Below the pieces are notes generated by a model. That model did not search any database. It saw only the letters and a program-made list of their open reading frames with translations, and had not been told where the DNA came from. A stretch of DNA of 64,000 nt from Oopsacas minuta (taxonomy: Eukaryota > Animalia > Porifera), in NCBI GenBank assembly GCA_024704765.1, contig JAKMXF010000332.1:918984-982983 (forward strand), written 5' to 3'. The translations under genes were made by a program, and so were the position numbers. Of this stretch, positions 53,627 to 64,000 are shown piece after piece. The first letter of the stretch is position 1. Each line of letters begins with the position of its first letter.

Positions 53627-54220
53627 TATTACATATTCCATTTTGGTGTGCCTAAACGTCAATCGTGTTTGGAAAAATATAGCCCATGAGAATCTGGTAT
53701 CGAAACATGTATGATTTGAAAGTCATTGAATATTAAGATTCTCAAAATATTTATCTTTCGGAAAATCGAAAGAGTCGTTTTTACATTGTAGTAACGCAAA
53801 CACTGTTTTCATACCCCATGAATAATAATCGAAATTATCACATTTATAGTTGTCCCCATTATCCTTTCATTCTTTAGGAAATTCATAAGTCAATAACCCT
53901 ATCTGTTATAAATAAACTTTAATCTCCGATAGAACCAAAATTACTGATTTTCCATCAGCCGATCATACTTTCTAAACGTATAACTTCCTCGATCCAGAGT
54001 TAAAATGCATTTACGGTAAAATATATGTGTGAAAATTTGATGTGCAATCAATGTTCTAAATCCGCTCTGCATGATAATTTTTTCAATTTTCTCGTAAAGA
54101 ATTTGCACACGTGGATCCGCAATATGGACTTTCTATTCAAGAATAATACAGTTTTTGCTGCCAAAGCCCATGCTTAATAAATTATTTAGTCACTTACTAT
54201 ATATGTTCAATCACTACATA

Positions 54221-54646
54221 CGGGGTTGGAGTTTAACTCGGGCTAAATAGGTTTAGCCCAGCCCAGTGGCTAAAACCCGGTTTTACCCGGGTTAATCAAA
54301 CTCTAGAAGTATAATTCCCCTTTTTGGAGACTCAATTTTAATATGATTTATTACATATATTTATTCGGAATGAATGCTAAAATTCTTACTAAATAACGTC
54401 TAGTTTTATGTCAATTGTACGATTACAGATCTTTTTTATGAGGGCTTTGAATATTTACTGTGTTTACAATTTAATCAAATTTTTGTCTGGAAATCCTAAG
54501 TGAGAGACTCAAACACAGTTGAGGTAGTTTACCAAATTAAATGTGGTTTCCCACAGTTTAATAATCAGTTTTGATCATAAAAGAGCGTTTAACATGGTTT
54601 TAACCATGATTTAAACCATGGGGGTGGGTTAAACTAGTCAACCCTG
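54221..54646. mobile_element. hAT MITE
   Basis: Ends cggggttggagtttaac / cagggttgactagtttaac. 8-bp TSD actacata / actatata. Confidence 0.7.
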
Positions 54647-54776
54647 ACTATATATGATGTAATCTATACTATTATAATGCAATTAATCTATATGTATATA
54701 TGCCAGGGTTGTTCAATAAGTAACAAGACTTTTTTCATAATTCATATAGTCAACCTATACTTGTCATAATTAATTA

Positions 54777-57700
54777 CACAGGCCTACAAAAAATGCTATA
54801 TTGCAGTTGTTTATAGTTTGATCACTGATTTAGACTAATTTAGGTGCGCTGATTCTGAATATCTATTCAGTTTTTTCTTATCACGTCAGTTTTTTTCACA
54901 ACCATACAGGGTGTAACAAAATTGATGCCCTATTGTTTACAATTAATTATTTATAAAACACAGCCACATCAAGTATCTACGAATTTATACTATTTGCTAT
55001 ATCTATGTTAATTCTATTCATAACTAATGATATTTAATTATATTGCAAGGTATGACTCACATTTAACCACAAATATGCTAACTCATAATTTCATATTTAT
55101 TAGCTAATTTTGCGATGTTTAAAGAGCATGCTATTCGAAAAAGACACATAGCTATTGGCATGTTATTACGTGGAAAAACTCAAAGAAACGTAGCCATTGA
55201 ATTTGGTGCAGATATTCGTACAATACGTAGGTGGTGGGCTAGTTATACACTAGGGAAGTCTCTGAAGAATCTGCCTGGGCGGGGACGCAAGGATTCCATA
55301 CCTAGAGTTGCAAAAATTGTAATATCCAAGTCTGTTTCTAAAAGGCAACAATCTACAAGGAAATTATCCAAAAGGCTAAAGGTAAAAGGGATCTCAATCT
55401 CACATATGAGCGTTCATCGATACTTAACAAACGTGATTAGGGCAAAAAGTTTTAAAAGACCTGTAAAACCTCGACTAACTGATAAACAGAAAGCTAACCG
55501 AGTTTCCTTTTGTAAAGAGAGAAAATATTGGACTGTAGATGACTGGAGACGTATACTTTTCTCTGATGAGTCTCCATTTGAAATATTTCACACACCAATC
55601 AGACAAAATGACCGAATTTGGGCAAAAAATAATCTCACATTGTTACCTCAAGAAAAGATAAAATTTCCCTCCAAATTGCACGTATGGGGTATGATGTCCT
55701 ATTGTGCACTCTCGGACCTTCACATTATACCAGTTGGCTCCACTGTTACCGCTAAATATTATGCTGAGGAAATCCTGACAAAATTCCTTTTGCCTTCTCT
55801 CAAAAGAAAACGCAAAACTGGATCAATCTTGGTACGACAACTTCTCCCAAACATGTCCAATTATATTTCCAACAGGATGGAGCTCCAGCACATGCAAAAG
55901 TAACACAGGAATGGTGCAAATTAAATCTACAATGGTTTTGGCAGAAGGGTATCTGGCCTGGGAACTCCCCTGACTTAAACCCGATTGAAAATCTTTGAGC
56001 GATATTAAAAAGCAGGTCGATGAGATGGAAATGTGTACAAACATTGAAATGCTTGAAAAAACTGTAAAATTGGCATGGTCAGAAATTTCACCAGAAATAT
56101 TAGACAATCTTATAAGTAGCATGCCGAAAAGAATACAAAAGTGTTTGGAATTTTCTGGAGCTTATATAGGAAAGTAATTAACAGTATGTACTAATGTACA
56201 ACACCAAATATATATCTACAAAGTATAGGCCATCAATTTGTTACACCCTGTATAGCTACATTTTCAGAAAAATTTCGATTTTTGCCAAAAATTGCTCATG
56301 ATTACATATTACAACAATGACATTATGTACATAGTATATATATTCAAATAGTCTTATTTGCTTATTGGTTTTTAACTAGTCTGTATTCTTTTTTGTTGAT
56401 ATGTCGAAAAAAAAGTGTTTCAATTCTCCAGACATTTTTGTTATATTTGTGGTTTCTATACTCCGAAACCTCAGATGCAGAATATTACTGAATTTGTGAA
56501 TAGAACTTACCATGCGTATTTCAAAGTTAAGCTGGGCGACCAGGACAAAAGTTGGGCACCTCATAAGGTCTGTAAATCTTGTGTATAATTATTGAGGTCA
56601 TTGAGTAAGGGTAAAGAGAAACACCTCCCTTTCGGAATTCCTATGATTTGGAGAGAATCAAAAATCATTTCGATGATTGTTATTTCTGCATGGTAAATGT
56701 TATGGGCTGCAAAAAGAGTAACAGACACTTGCTTAATTACCCAAATTTAGAATCTGCTATTCGACCAATCCCTCATTGTAGTGATCTACCTGTACCAATA
56801 TTCACAGAGTTTCTCGGACTCCATGATGATGAAGATGGTGCCAATTCGGAAGAAGTCAATGACCATGACTGTAAATATGATGTTGATTTTCAAGGTCCTT
56901 CCTCGGAGCCTTCTCTATTTAACAAAGTGGATTTGAATGATTTAATTCGTGACCTTTACCTCTCGAAAGAATCTTTGAGTTGCTTGCATCTAGATTGAAA
57001 GAAAACAATCTACTCCTCAAGGAACAAATGTAACATTATATCGTTACAGGGAGCAAGAATTTCAACAGTATTTCTGCAAAAAGAATGGTTTGGTGTTTTG
57101 CCCAAATGTTGAGGGTCTTCTACTGGCAATGGGAGTTCCGAACTACAATCCAAGTGACTGGAGGCTGTTTATTGAGAGCTCCAAAAGGAGTCTGAAATGT
57201 GTACTACTCCATAATGGAAATATATTCGGTTCAATTCCTATAGGATATTCAGTTAAACTCAAAGAGGAGTACAATAATGTGAAAGAGATATTAGAGATCA
57301 TTAAATACTCTGCACATGATTGGGTCATCTGTGTTGATCTCAAAATGGTCAACTTTCTATTAGGACAACAATCTGGGTTCACTAAGTACCTCTGTTTTCT
57401 TTGTTTATTGGGACAGTAGAGATAGGAACCAGCATTGGATAAGGGAAAAGTGGCCTTCCGAGAGAAAGTTTGAAAGTTGGGGACAAAATTGTAATTAATA
57501 ACCCTCTGGTACATACAAATAAAATAATTCTACCTCCTCTTCACATTAAGCTTGGTTTAATGAAGCAATTCATCAAAGCACTGGATAAAGACCGATATTG
57601 TTTCAAGTATATCCGAAATTATTTTCCAGAAATCAGTGAAGAGAAGAAAAAGGCAGGGATATTCAAAGGTCCGCAGATTCGCAAGTTACTTAGGGACAAC

Positions 57701-58362
57701 AGCTTCAAAGATTCAATGAACGAGGAAGAGAAGAGAGCGTGGCAGGCTTCTCTAATGTCGTTTCTAATTTCCTTGGTAATAAAAGGCATCCAACTACAAA
57801 GAACTAGTCACAGAGTTAGTTGACAGCTATCATGCTCTTGGCTGTAATATGAGTATTAAAATTCATTATTTGAGAGACCATCTTGATAGATTTCCGGATA
57901 ATCTAGGTGATATGAGTGAAGAACAAGGTGAACGATTCCATCAAGACATAAAAGTGATGAAACAGCGATATCAAGGAAGATGGGACACAAATATGATGGC
58001 AGATTACTGTTGGTGCCTAAAAAGAGATTGTCCTAACGAACAACGTTCAAGAAAGTCAAACAAGAGAAAATTTTAGATTGAATAGTGCTCATATTACATG
58101 TTTATAGTATCACTTTCTTCCATTCATATTAGTAACAATTATATCATTATTCTTAGTGAATGAAATATTGATATTTTCAGAAATTTAATTGATCCAATCT
58201 AACATATAAGGGTTGAAACCAATTGTTCTATAAATGTAGTAATAGGATTGTGAGATAACTGGACGTATTAGGGAGAAACTGACTAAATAATCGGAATCAG
58301 CAACACAGAATTAGTATATATCAGTTGATAAAATCAATACAATTAAAAGGTGTAGGCCTGTG
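54777..58362 (+). mobile_element. Chapaev3-type DNA transposon, full length, containing a Tc1 insertion
   Basis: 12-bp TIRs CACAGGCCTACA and a 3-bp TSD TTA (54774-54776 and 58363-58365). Frameshifted transposase 56401-58076 reads KLGDQDKSWAPHKVC...DDCYFC...WRLFIESSKRSLK...CVDLKM...PPLHIKLGLMKQF...SEEQGERFHQD. Confidence 0.88.
54907..56250 (+). mobile_element. Full-length Tc1-like element; transposase 55115-56177 with two frameshifts and one stop
   Basis: TIRs cagggtgtaacaaa(a)ttgatg with TA TSD. Motifs FSDES, VWGMMS, QQDGAPAH and SPDLNPIENL. Confidence 0.92.
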
Positions 58363-59899
58363 TTATCAAATGTTTCGATAAATTCGCCCTTTAATATACA
58401 CATAGTTTCCATTGTTTTGGTGACTTTTCCAGCCCAGTGGTATAGAATTCTGTAAGGTTCTCTTTTTCCACTGTTTTATTCATACTCCAGCCGTTTGAAA
58501 TCCTCAAATCTCTTCATCTCTCCAAACAGCCAGTAGTCGCTTGGAGCCAGGTCTGGACTATACGGGGGATAAGGGAGGCATTTGAATCCTAAGTCGTCAA
58601 TTGCAACCATTGTCTTAGAGCTTACATGGGGGCCTTGCGTTGTTATGTTGCAGCAATACACCACGTGTCAACTTTCCTCGCCTCTCACGTTTAATCGCTT
58701 GACGCAATTCTTTCAATTCGTCAACGTAATAATCACTGTTTATGGTTGTCTTCTCAGGCAACCAGTCGAGGTATATAATTCCTTCCCTATCCCAAAATAC
58801 TGTTGCCATTCTCTTCCGTGCTGATTTTGCGGCCTTTACCTGGATGGGTACAGGTTCATCACGTCTCTTCCACTGCTTCGATTGAGTTTTGCTCTCTGGT
58901 TCATAATAATGGAACCAAGTTTCATCCCCGTTACTATACGATCCCAAAAGTCTTCCTCTGTCTTGTATCTTGAAAGTAATTCTTTGCTAACTCTGACCCT
59001 TTCGTGTTTTTGTTTTTTTGAAAGAAGTTTTGGGACCCATTGCGCAGTTACCTTCGACATTTCCAGATCTTCAGTGATAATCGAGTGTAGTGTGGCTTTT
59101 GATATACCCACCCTCGCTTCTAATTTTCGCAGTGTTATTCGTCTGTCCTCGTCCAAAATTGTTTGGACCCTCTCGATATTACTGCAAGTTTTTGAGGAAG
59201 TCGGACGACCTGGACGAGGGTCATCGTGAAGTTCCTCATCGCCATTATCAAAACGTTCGATCCATCTATCCATAGTAGCTTTCGAAGGACATTCATCACC
59301 GAAAATATCCTGCATTTCACGAAGAATATATGAGCCATCATTCTCCTTTTTCTACAGGTACCAAATTTTTTGTCGTTTCCTTCTTTGCAAGATCTATTAG
59401 TTGAAAAAGTAGCCCATACAAATGAAACTTTATACTGAAGATTATGCTAGTAGAGTAAAGAGTATATTGTATCGAAGTTAGACAATCAAGTTAGGCTTGT
59501 AATCTGATATTAGGCTTAGAGCTGTATTAACTAGAATATGAATTCGATACATTAGTCTCATTACTTATTGAACAACCCTTGTATCTATCTTTAAAGATTT
59601 TTATGCTTGATATAAGAAAGTGGCTCACACGAATCCTCTGAATTCCATTTGTCTTGTATGCTCCTGTTATACAATCCAATTCTCTTCTCCTTATTCAACA
59701 CCTTTGATTCCAAACATAGCTAGCATACAAAGCATATTTAGCAAACGTAGCAAAGTCTAACGAATCTCTATTCAGCTAATGTGTAGCCTAAATAGTAAAT
59801 ACCTTTCTAATCACTATTCTTAACACATATGAGGTATCTCATTACCTCGTATAACTCGAAATCAAATGTTCCTTGGGGATGATTTTCGAAACTATCACA

Positions 59900-61850
59900 C
59901 ATGTTGGAATATTTAGAAATCTACTTAAATAGGTGAGAGCCGTAAGTTTCCCAGGTTCCAATCTGCGAAGCAGCTTTGTTAAATGATTCCTGCAATCGCT
60001 GAAGACACGTTCAATAGCCGCAGATGATGCAGGGACACTGAAAGTAGTTTGTGTTACTTGTCATATTAATATACAGTCTGCATGTTTACAATAAGATTGG
60101 ACATTTGTAGTGGGAAGATGCCGGATTATATACTTTTCTAATTCATATAATAGTTGCTTGTCAACGTTCGTATGACTATTAGTAATTGACTCGATCTTTT
60201 CGGTTCGAAAAAGCTGTCGAAAATAGTATTATACTGTTCTTTTCGGAACTGAATCGTTTATCTTGAACCGCCATTAAGTTCGAACTTAAGCTGCTTGATC
60301 ATCATTTTCCTTCATTTTCAGTAACATAATCGAATATAGGAGCTGCTTTAACCAACTTTTGTTGAATTGTTGTGTCTATTTCCAAATGGAACTGCATCTA
60401 CTTCAACAAGCTATATCAAGTCCTTCATTTTTGAATAAAAATCAATACCTGTATAAACAGGCGGCTGTCTTTGAGAATGAGCTCCCAGAATATGTCCAAA
60501 CCTTATTTCCCCAACTGCTCTCAAATGGCTTCCTGTTTTATTCGGTAACCTGAATAGTTCGTCAATTCTGACTTCTTTCCTGTTGTAATTTGTGTCGAGT
60601 TCTAAATAATGGCTGTTGGACAGTTGACTTCCAATTTATCAAGAGAGTATTTGGGTCCATGATAATTTGTAATTGTGATTTACATAATTCCAAGGAGGGA
60701 GATTATCAATAAGTTCTTGCTCCCCAGAAAGTTGATAATGGGAGTAATTTCTTATAGACGCATTATAACGATTTTAGTATGACCTCCAAGTTGTTAGTGG
60801 TTGATTATTCAAGAATCGATAGAGGTAAGTGTTTAGCTAAACCTGGTAGCTTGTTAAAGGATTTCTCGATTTGTGATATCTGCTGATTATATAACTTCAG
60901 GTCTTTTGGAGCATCTTTTTCATTAACGTCATTGACACATATTTCTAGTGTATGCTCGACGCATTCAACTCATTCAGCAAGATTTGCTTCAGCTGTGTCA
61001 TACCTCACGTCAAACCCTGCTACCTTTTTTCTTCGTTGTCAGAGCTAGTGAAAATAGATTTAGAAATTTCCGACCAAGCTCACCCACTGAATTTGAAAAA
61101 AATTCGGAAGTATGTCGAGCGTCTTCTTATTCCAAATGTTCCCACTCGTAGTGGGAAGCGAAACAAATCGAATTTATGATCTAATCCACATACCATTACA
61201 GCACCGTAGGGGATTCGATGCTTATAATTTGCTGACCGATAATCTATAATTCCAGAGACACCAAAATCAGCACTTTTTGTAGCAATATTGAAACTCTGTT
61301 CCAATTTTCCTTGTGACTCTTTCCCGCATTGTACCAAATGATTTATGAGTTTGGTCCAGCCAATTGAGAAGTCAAAAAGCAAGACTTCTGAATGGGTAAC
61401 ACTGGCTGCAAAATTACCTACTTCTGATACGGTTCTGGCATGCCCGTTAATTGAAATTTATGGGTGCTAGAGAGTAGGTCAACTCCGAAGCTTTTCGTTC
61501 AGCTACAGGTTCTTGTGCCTGCTTCATGTCCCTAATATCTTTTGGTTGTACCTCACTATTTTCCAACTTGGTACAAGAATAAGTACTTTGAAGTTTCAGT
61601 GATTTCAAACTGCTTTGATTTACCCATGATTTCTTGAATGAACAAATTTGAACCAATGTAAATTGACTTACCTAAATTACAGACAAGAAGAGGCGCAATC
61701 TCACCGTTTACCTCAATTGCTCGAATTCTTTCATCAACTTCTGATTTCCTTGTAAAATTTTGCCGCAAACTCCATGATCTCTGCTTTTTCATTATTCTGC
61801 TCACGCTTAACCGACGCCTTGTTAATATCAGTAAACTGTACACCATGATA
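59900..61850 (-). pseudogene. Decayed hAT (ZBED-like) transposase
   Basis: Minus strand has a BED-finger-like start, RHTSEFF, CVEHTLEICV and the dimerisation motif SVPASSAAIERVFS...RRLEPGKLTALTYL near 59930-60050. Confidence 0.7.
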
Positions 61851-62218
61851 CGTAAAACTAACTAGACTATATGAATCAGCGTTATGTGTACAAAATTAAA
61901 CGACAACATGAATAATCTGAACTAGTGATTCGAATGTGTGAATTAATTAATGGTGAAATTTGTGTATGTGTTTATTAGATACCGTTAAATTATCAATTTA
62001 GAAATAAACTAGCGCACTACGAGGGTTACGAACATTTCATGTCCCCATTCGGGTCTTTGGGCCTCGTAAAGCAGGTGTTCAGGTATATATTGTAACTAAC
62101 TGTAGCATCTGCTCTTTCCATTTCAGCTTACCTTAGAACGGGCCAAACAAGCAGACAGACAAACAGTAAGCAGTTGTGATTAGTGAATATTTATGTTCAT
62201 AAATATGGAAACATATTA

Positions 62219-62561
62219 CATTAGATGCCGGATACAAGAACACCGGTTATACGAACATTCTATGCCGGTTATAAGAACTTACCGGATATAAGAACATCAT
62301 ACTAGAAAACGGTTACTATATTGCCCTATATAATTATGCAGGTAATAAGAACAATCTTAGTGTTGGTTCTCATTACCAATTTTATTAGAATCGGCATAAA
62401 TTATATAGTAGATATGAGAATACTTTTCAATAATATGGTTTCTATATCCAAATGTGTTTAAATGAAGGGGTTTCATAATCAACATCTAGTATATACCACA
62501 TAGCGGTTGTAATAACATTATATTCAGTTCCCGAATATGTTCTTATAACTAGCATTCACTG
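62219..62561. mobile_element. Tigger/pogo-like MITE with internal repeats
   Basis: Repeated ccggttataagaac-like units; right end gttcttataactagcattcactg|ta. Confidence 0.6.
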
Positions 62562-62569
62562 TATTACAA

Positions 62570-62786
62570 TGGGGATTGGAGTGCATGCATATAATCTTGT
62601 ATTACGAAAATGGAACTATTATGGATTATCAGAGTTCTGAAAGTGAATCCTATCAAATCCGTCATAAGGATTCCAACAGGATTTCCATAGGATTCCTATA
62701 GGGATTCTCAAGATTCACATGGGGATTCCCATAGTATTCCCACAGGTGGAAATTCATTCCATTCTCACTCCCACGGCAATCCTGAT
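62570..62786. mobile_element. hAT-like terminal fragment with tandem ggattcc units
   Basis: Ends ...ctcccacggcaatcctg; multiple ggattcc(c/t) repeats. Confidence 0.4.
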
Positions 62787-64000
62787 AACACTCAATGTAC
62801 TCCAATAGAAGAGATCTTAAACTTACTTAAATTAACATTTCAGCATAACAGAAGAAAATTGTACTGAACCACTTCCAAAGCATAGGAGAGTGCCTTCCAA
62901 GATTATTTATACAGCCAGTGTTAAACATCACCACCTTACAGGTAAAGACAAGTAGAGGATGGGATTAATCTTCCAAATTCCTGAAATTATGATCAATGCT
63001 CTAAAGAATAGCTTCAGTGGAGCTACTTGTGACCTTTACCAAGATTTTGAGTTCTTCATCCAAAAAACTAATGAATGGTGACAAATCAGAGATATAAGCA
63101 CTTGGCATGTCTTATCAAGGCGACCTAGAAAATCCACACCTAGGACGAATTTATGAAGTCATTGTTAATGTTTATTAATTTGGGAGTCATTGGAGAGCAT
63201 AATAATGTATTAACAGTATATATTAGTTTGTTCAGGGATTTTGACTAAGGCATCAGCTTGTTTTATCTTTTGTATTATACTATGTTATTTGCCCATAAAT
63301 GGTAAATATTTTCCCTGTATTATATATATATATTTATTTTTGACATTTGTTGTGAACTTGAGATTTCAACTTATGTATTACAAGTATATGGGTGTATTTC
63401 TGCACATTCAATCCCCAGTCTCTGTTCTGCCCCCCGGTTTATGATAATGAGGAGCATTTCCTGTTATTCAGTGCCACATAACCCAGAAAATTTGCTTCGG
63501 TCTCTCCCCCTATGATATATTGCTGATCTCAAGACTGTTTGCTAGTGCTCCAAGCATTCAGTGAAGAGACATTGAATATACAAAAATTATTACCCAATTG
63601 GGATGGCACTTGTTGAGAAGCCCATCTCAAATATCGAAAACTGAAAAGTTGTTCTACCGTCTAGTTTCTCTAGTTGGCCAGTTTACTATTCCATGTAGCA
63701 CAGTATCGGGAATCGTGATGTGACTCTTCTCACAATCTATGAATCTCAATTTGATATCACAGCCCTGCGGGGAAAAAGATTTTATTTGCTGATTGTTATT
63801 GCAAAACATTTTCTAATCCACATTTTAATACTGATTTTGAAAAATGTTGTAAAATATACGTATCACGTCTAGTTTTTTTGCAAAATTATTTTTAAATATT
63901 GGTATATCTATCGATGAATGCATGATACCTCTACAAGTAAAATAGTGAAAATCTGCCATTTATAAATTTTTACTAAGAATTACAATAAAATTTTTATTGA

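Larger units (their letters stand above)
54703..59581 (-). mobile_element. Mariner (DD34D, SETMAR-like) element split by a Chapaev3 insertion
   Basis: TIRs ccagggttgttcaataagtaacaagact (54703) and the reverse complement caagggttgttcaataagtaatgagact (ending 59581). Transposase pieces in 58366-59340 read IVTGDETWFHYYEPESK, LLQHNNARP and YSPDLAPSDYWLF. Confidence 0.88.

Noticed and set aside
61080-61382. LINE endonuclease reading of this minus-strand ORF
   Set aside because: Neighbouring frames give ordered hAT motifs ending in the dimerisation motif, so this ORF is an off-frame piece of the hAT transposase.
1-64000. CRISPR arrays, rRNA and prokaryotic systems; most short ORFs in the track
   Set aside because: No repeat-spacer array or rRNA was seen and spliceosomal introns indicate a eukaryote. 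Most 60-130 aa ORFs are antisense or off-frame products of transposons or AT-rich noise.

Overview
AT-rich eukaryotic (animal-like) nuclear DNA; the taxon cannot be fixed from the sequence alone. Host genes are sparse: the 3' exon of CstF-64 (CSTF2), an intronless NDUFS3, the first coding exon of a PP1 catalytic subunit, and one weak orphan gene candidate. Most of the rest is decayed cut-and-paste transposons: Transib/RAG1-like, Chapaev and Chapaev3, Tc1/maT/mariner, hAT, Ginger and many MITEs. The main highlight is a complete 3,343-bp RAG1-like Transib element (12975-16317). Its 12-bp TIRs begin with the exact V(D)J RSS heptamer CACAGTG and it has a perfect 5-bp TSD (CCACC). Its decayed ORF aligns by eye with the RAG1 nonamer-binding domain, DDE triad, zinc site and a RAG1L-type C-terminal Cys/His motif; no RAG2-like gene is present. 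Other highlights are a 2.24-kb foldback palindrome with a 9-bp TSD just upstream of PP1, whose arms show a sharp step in identity, and a three-level nested insertion (mariner > Chapaev3 > Tc1) with resolvable boundaries. All alignments were made by eye; no database searches were run.
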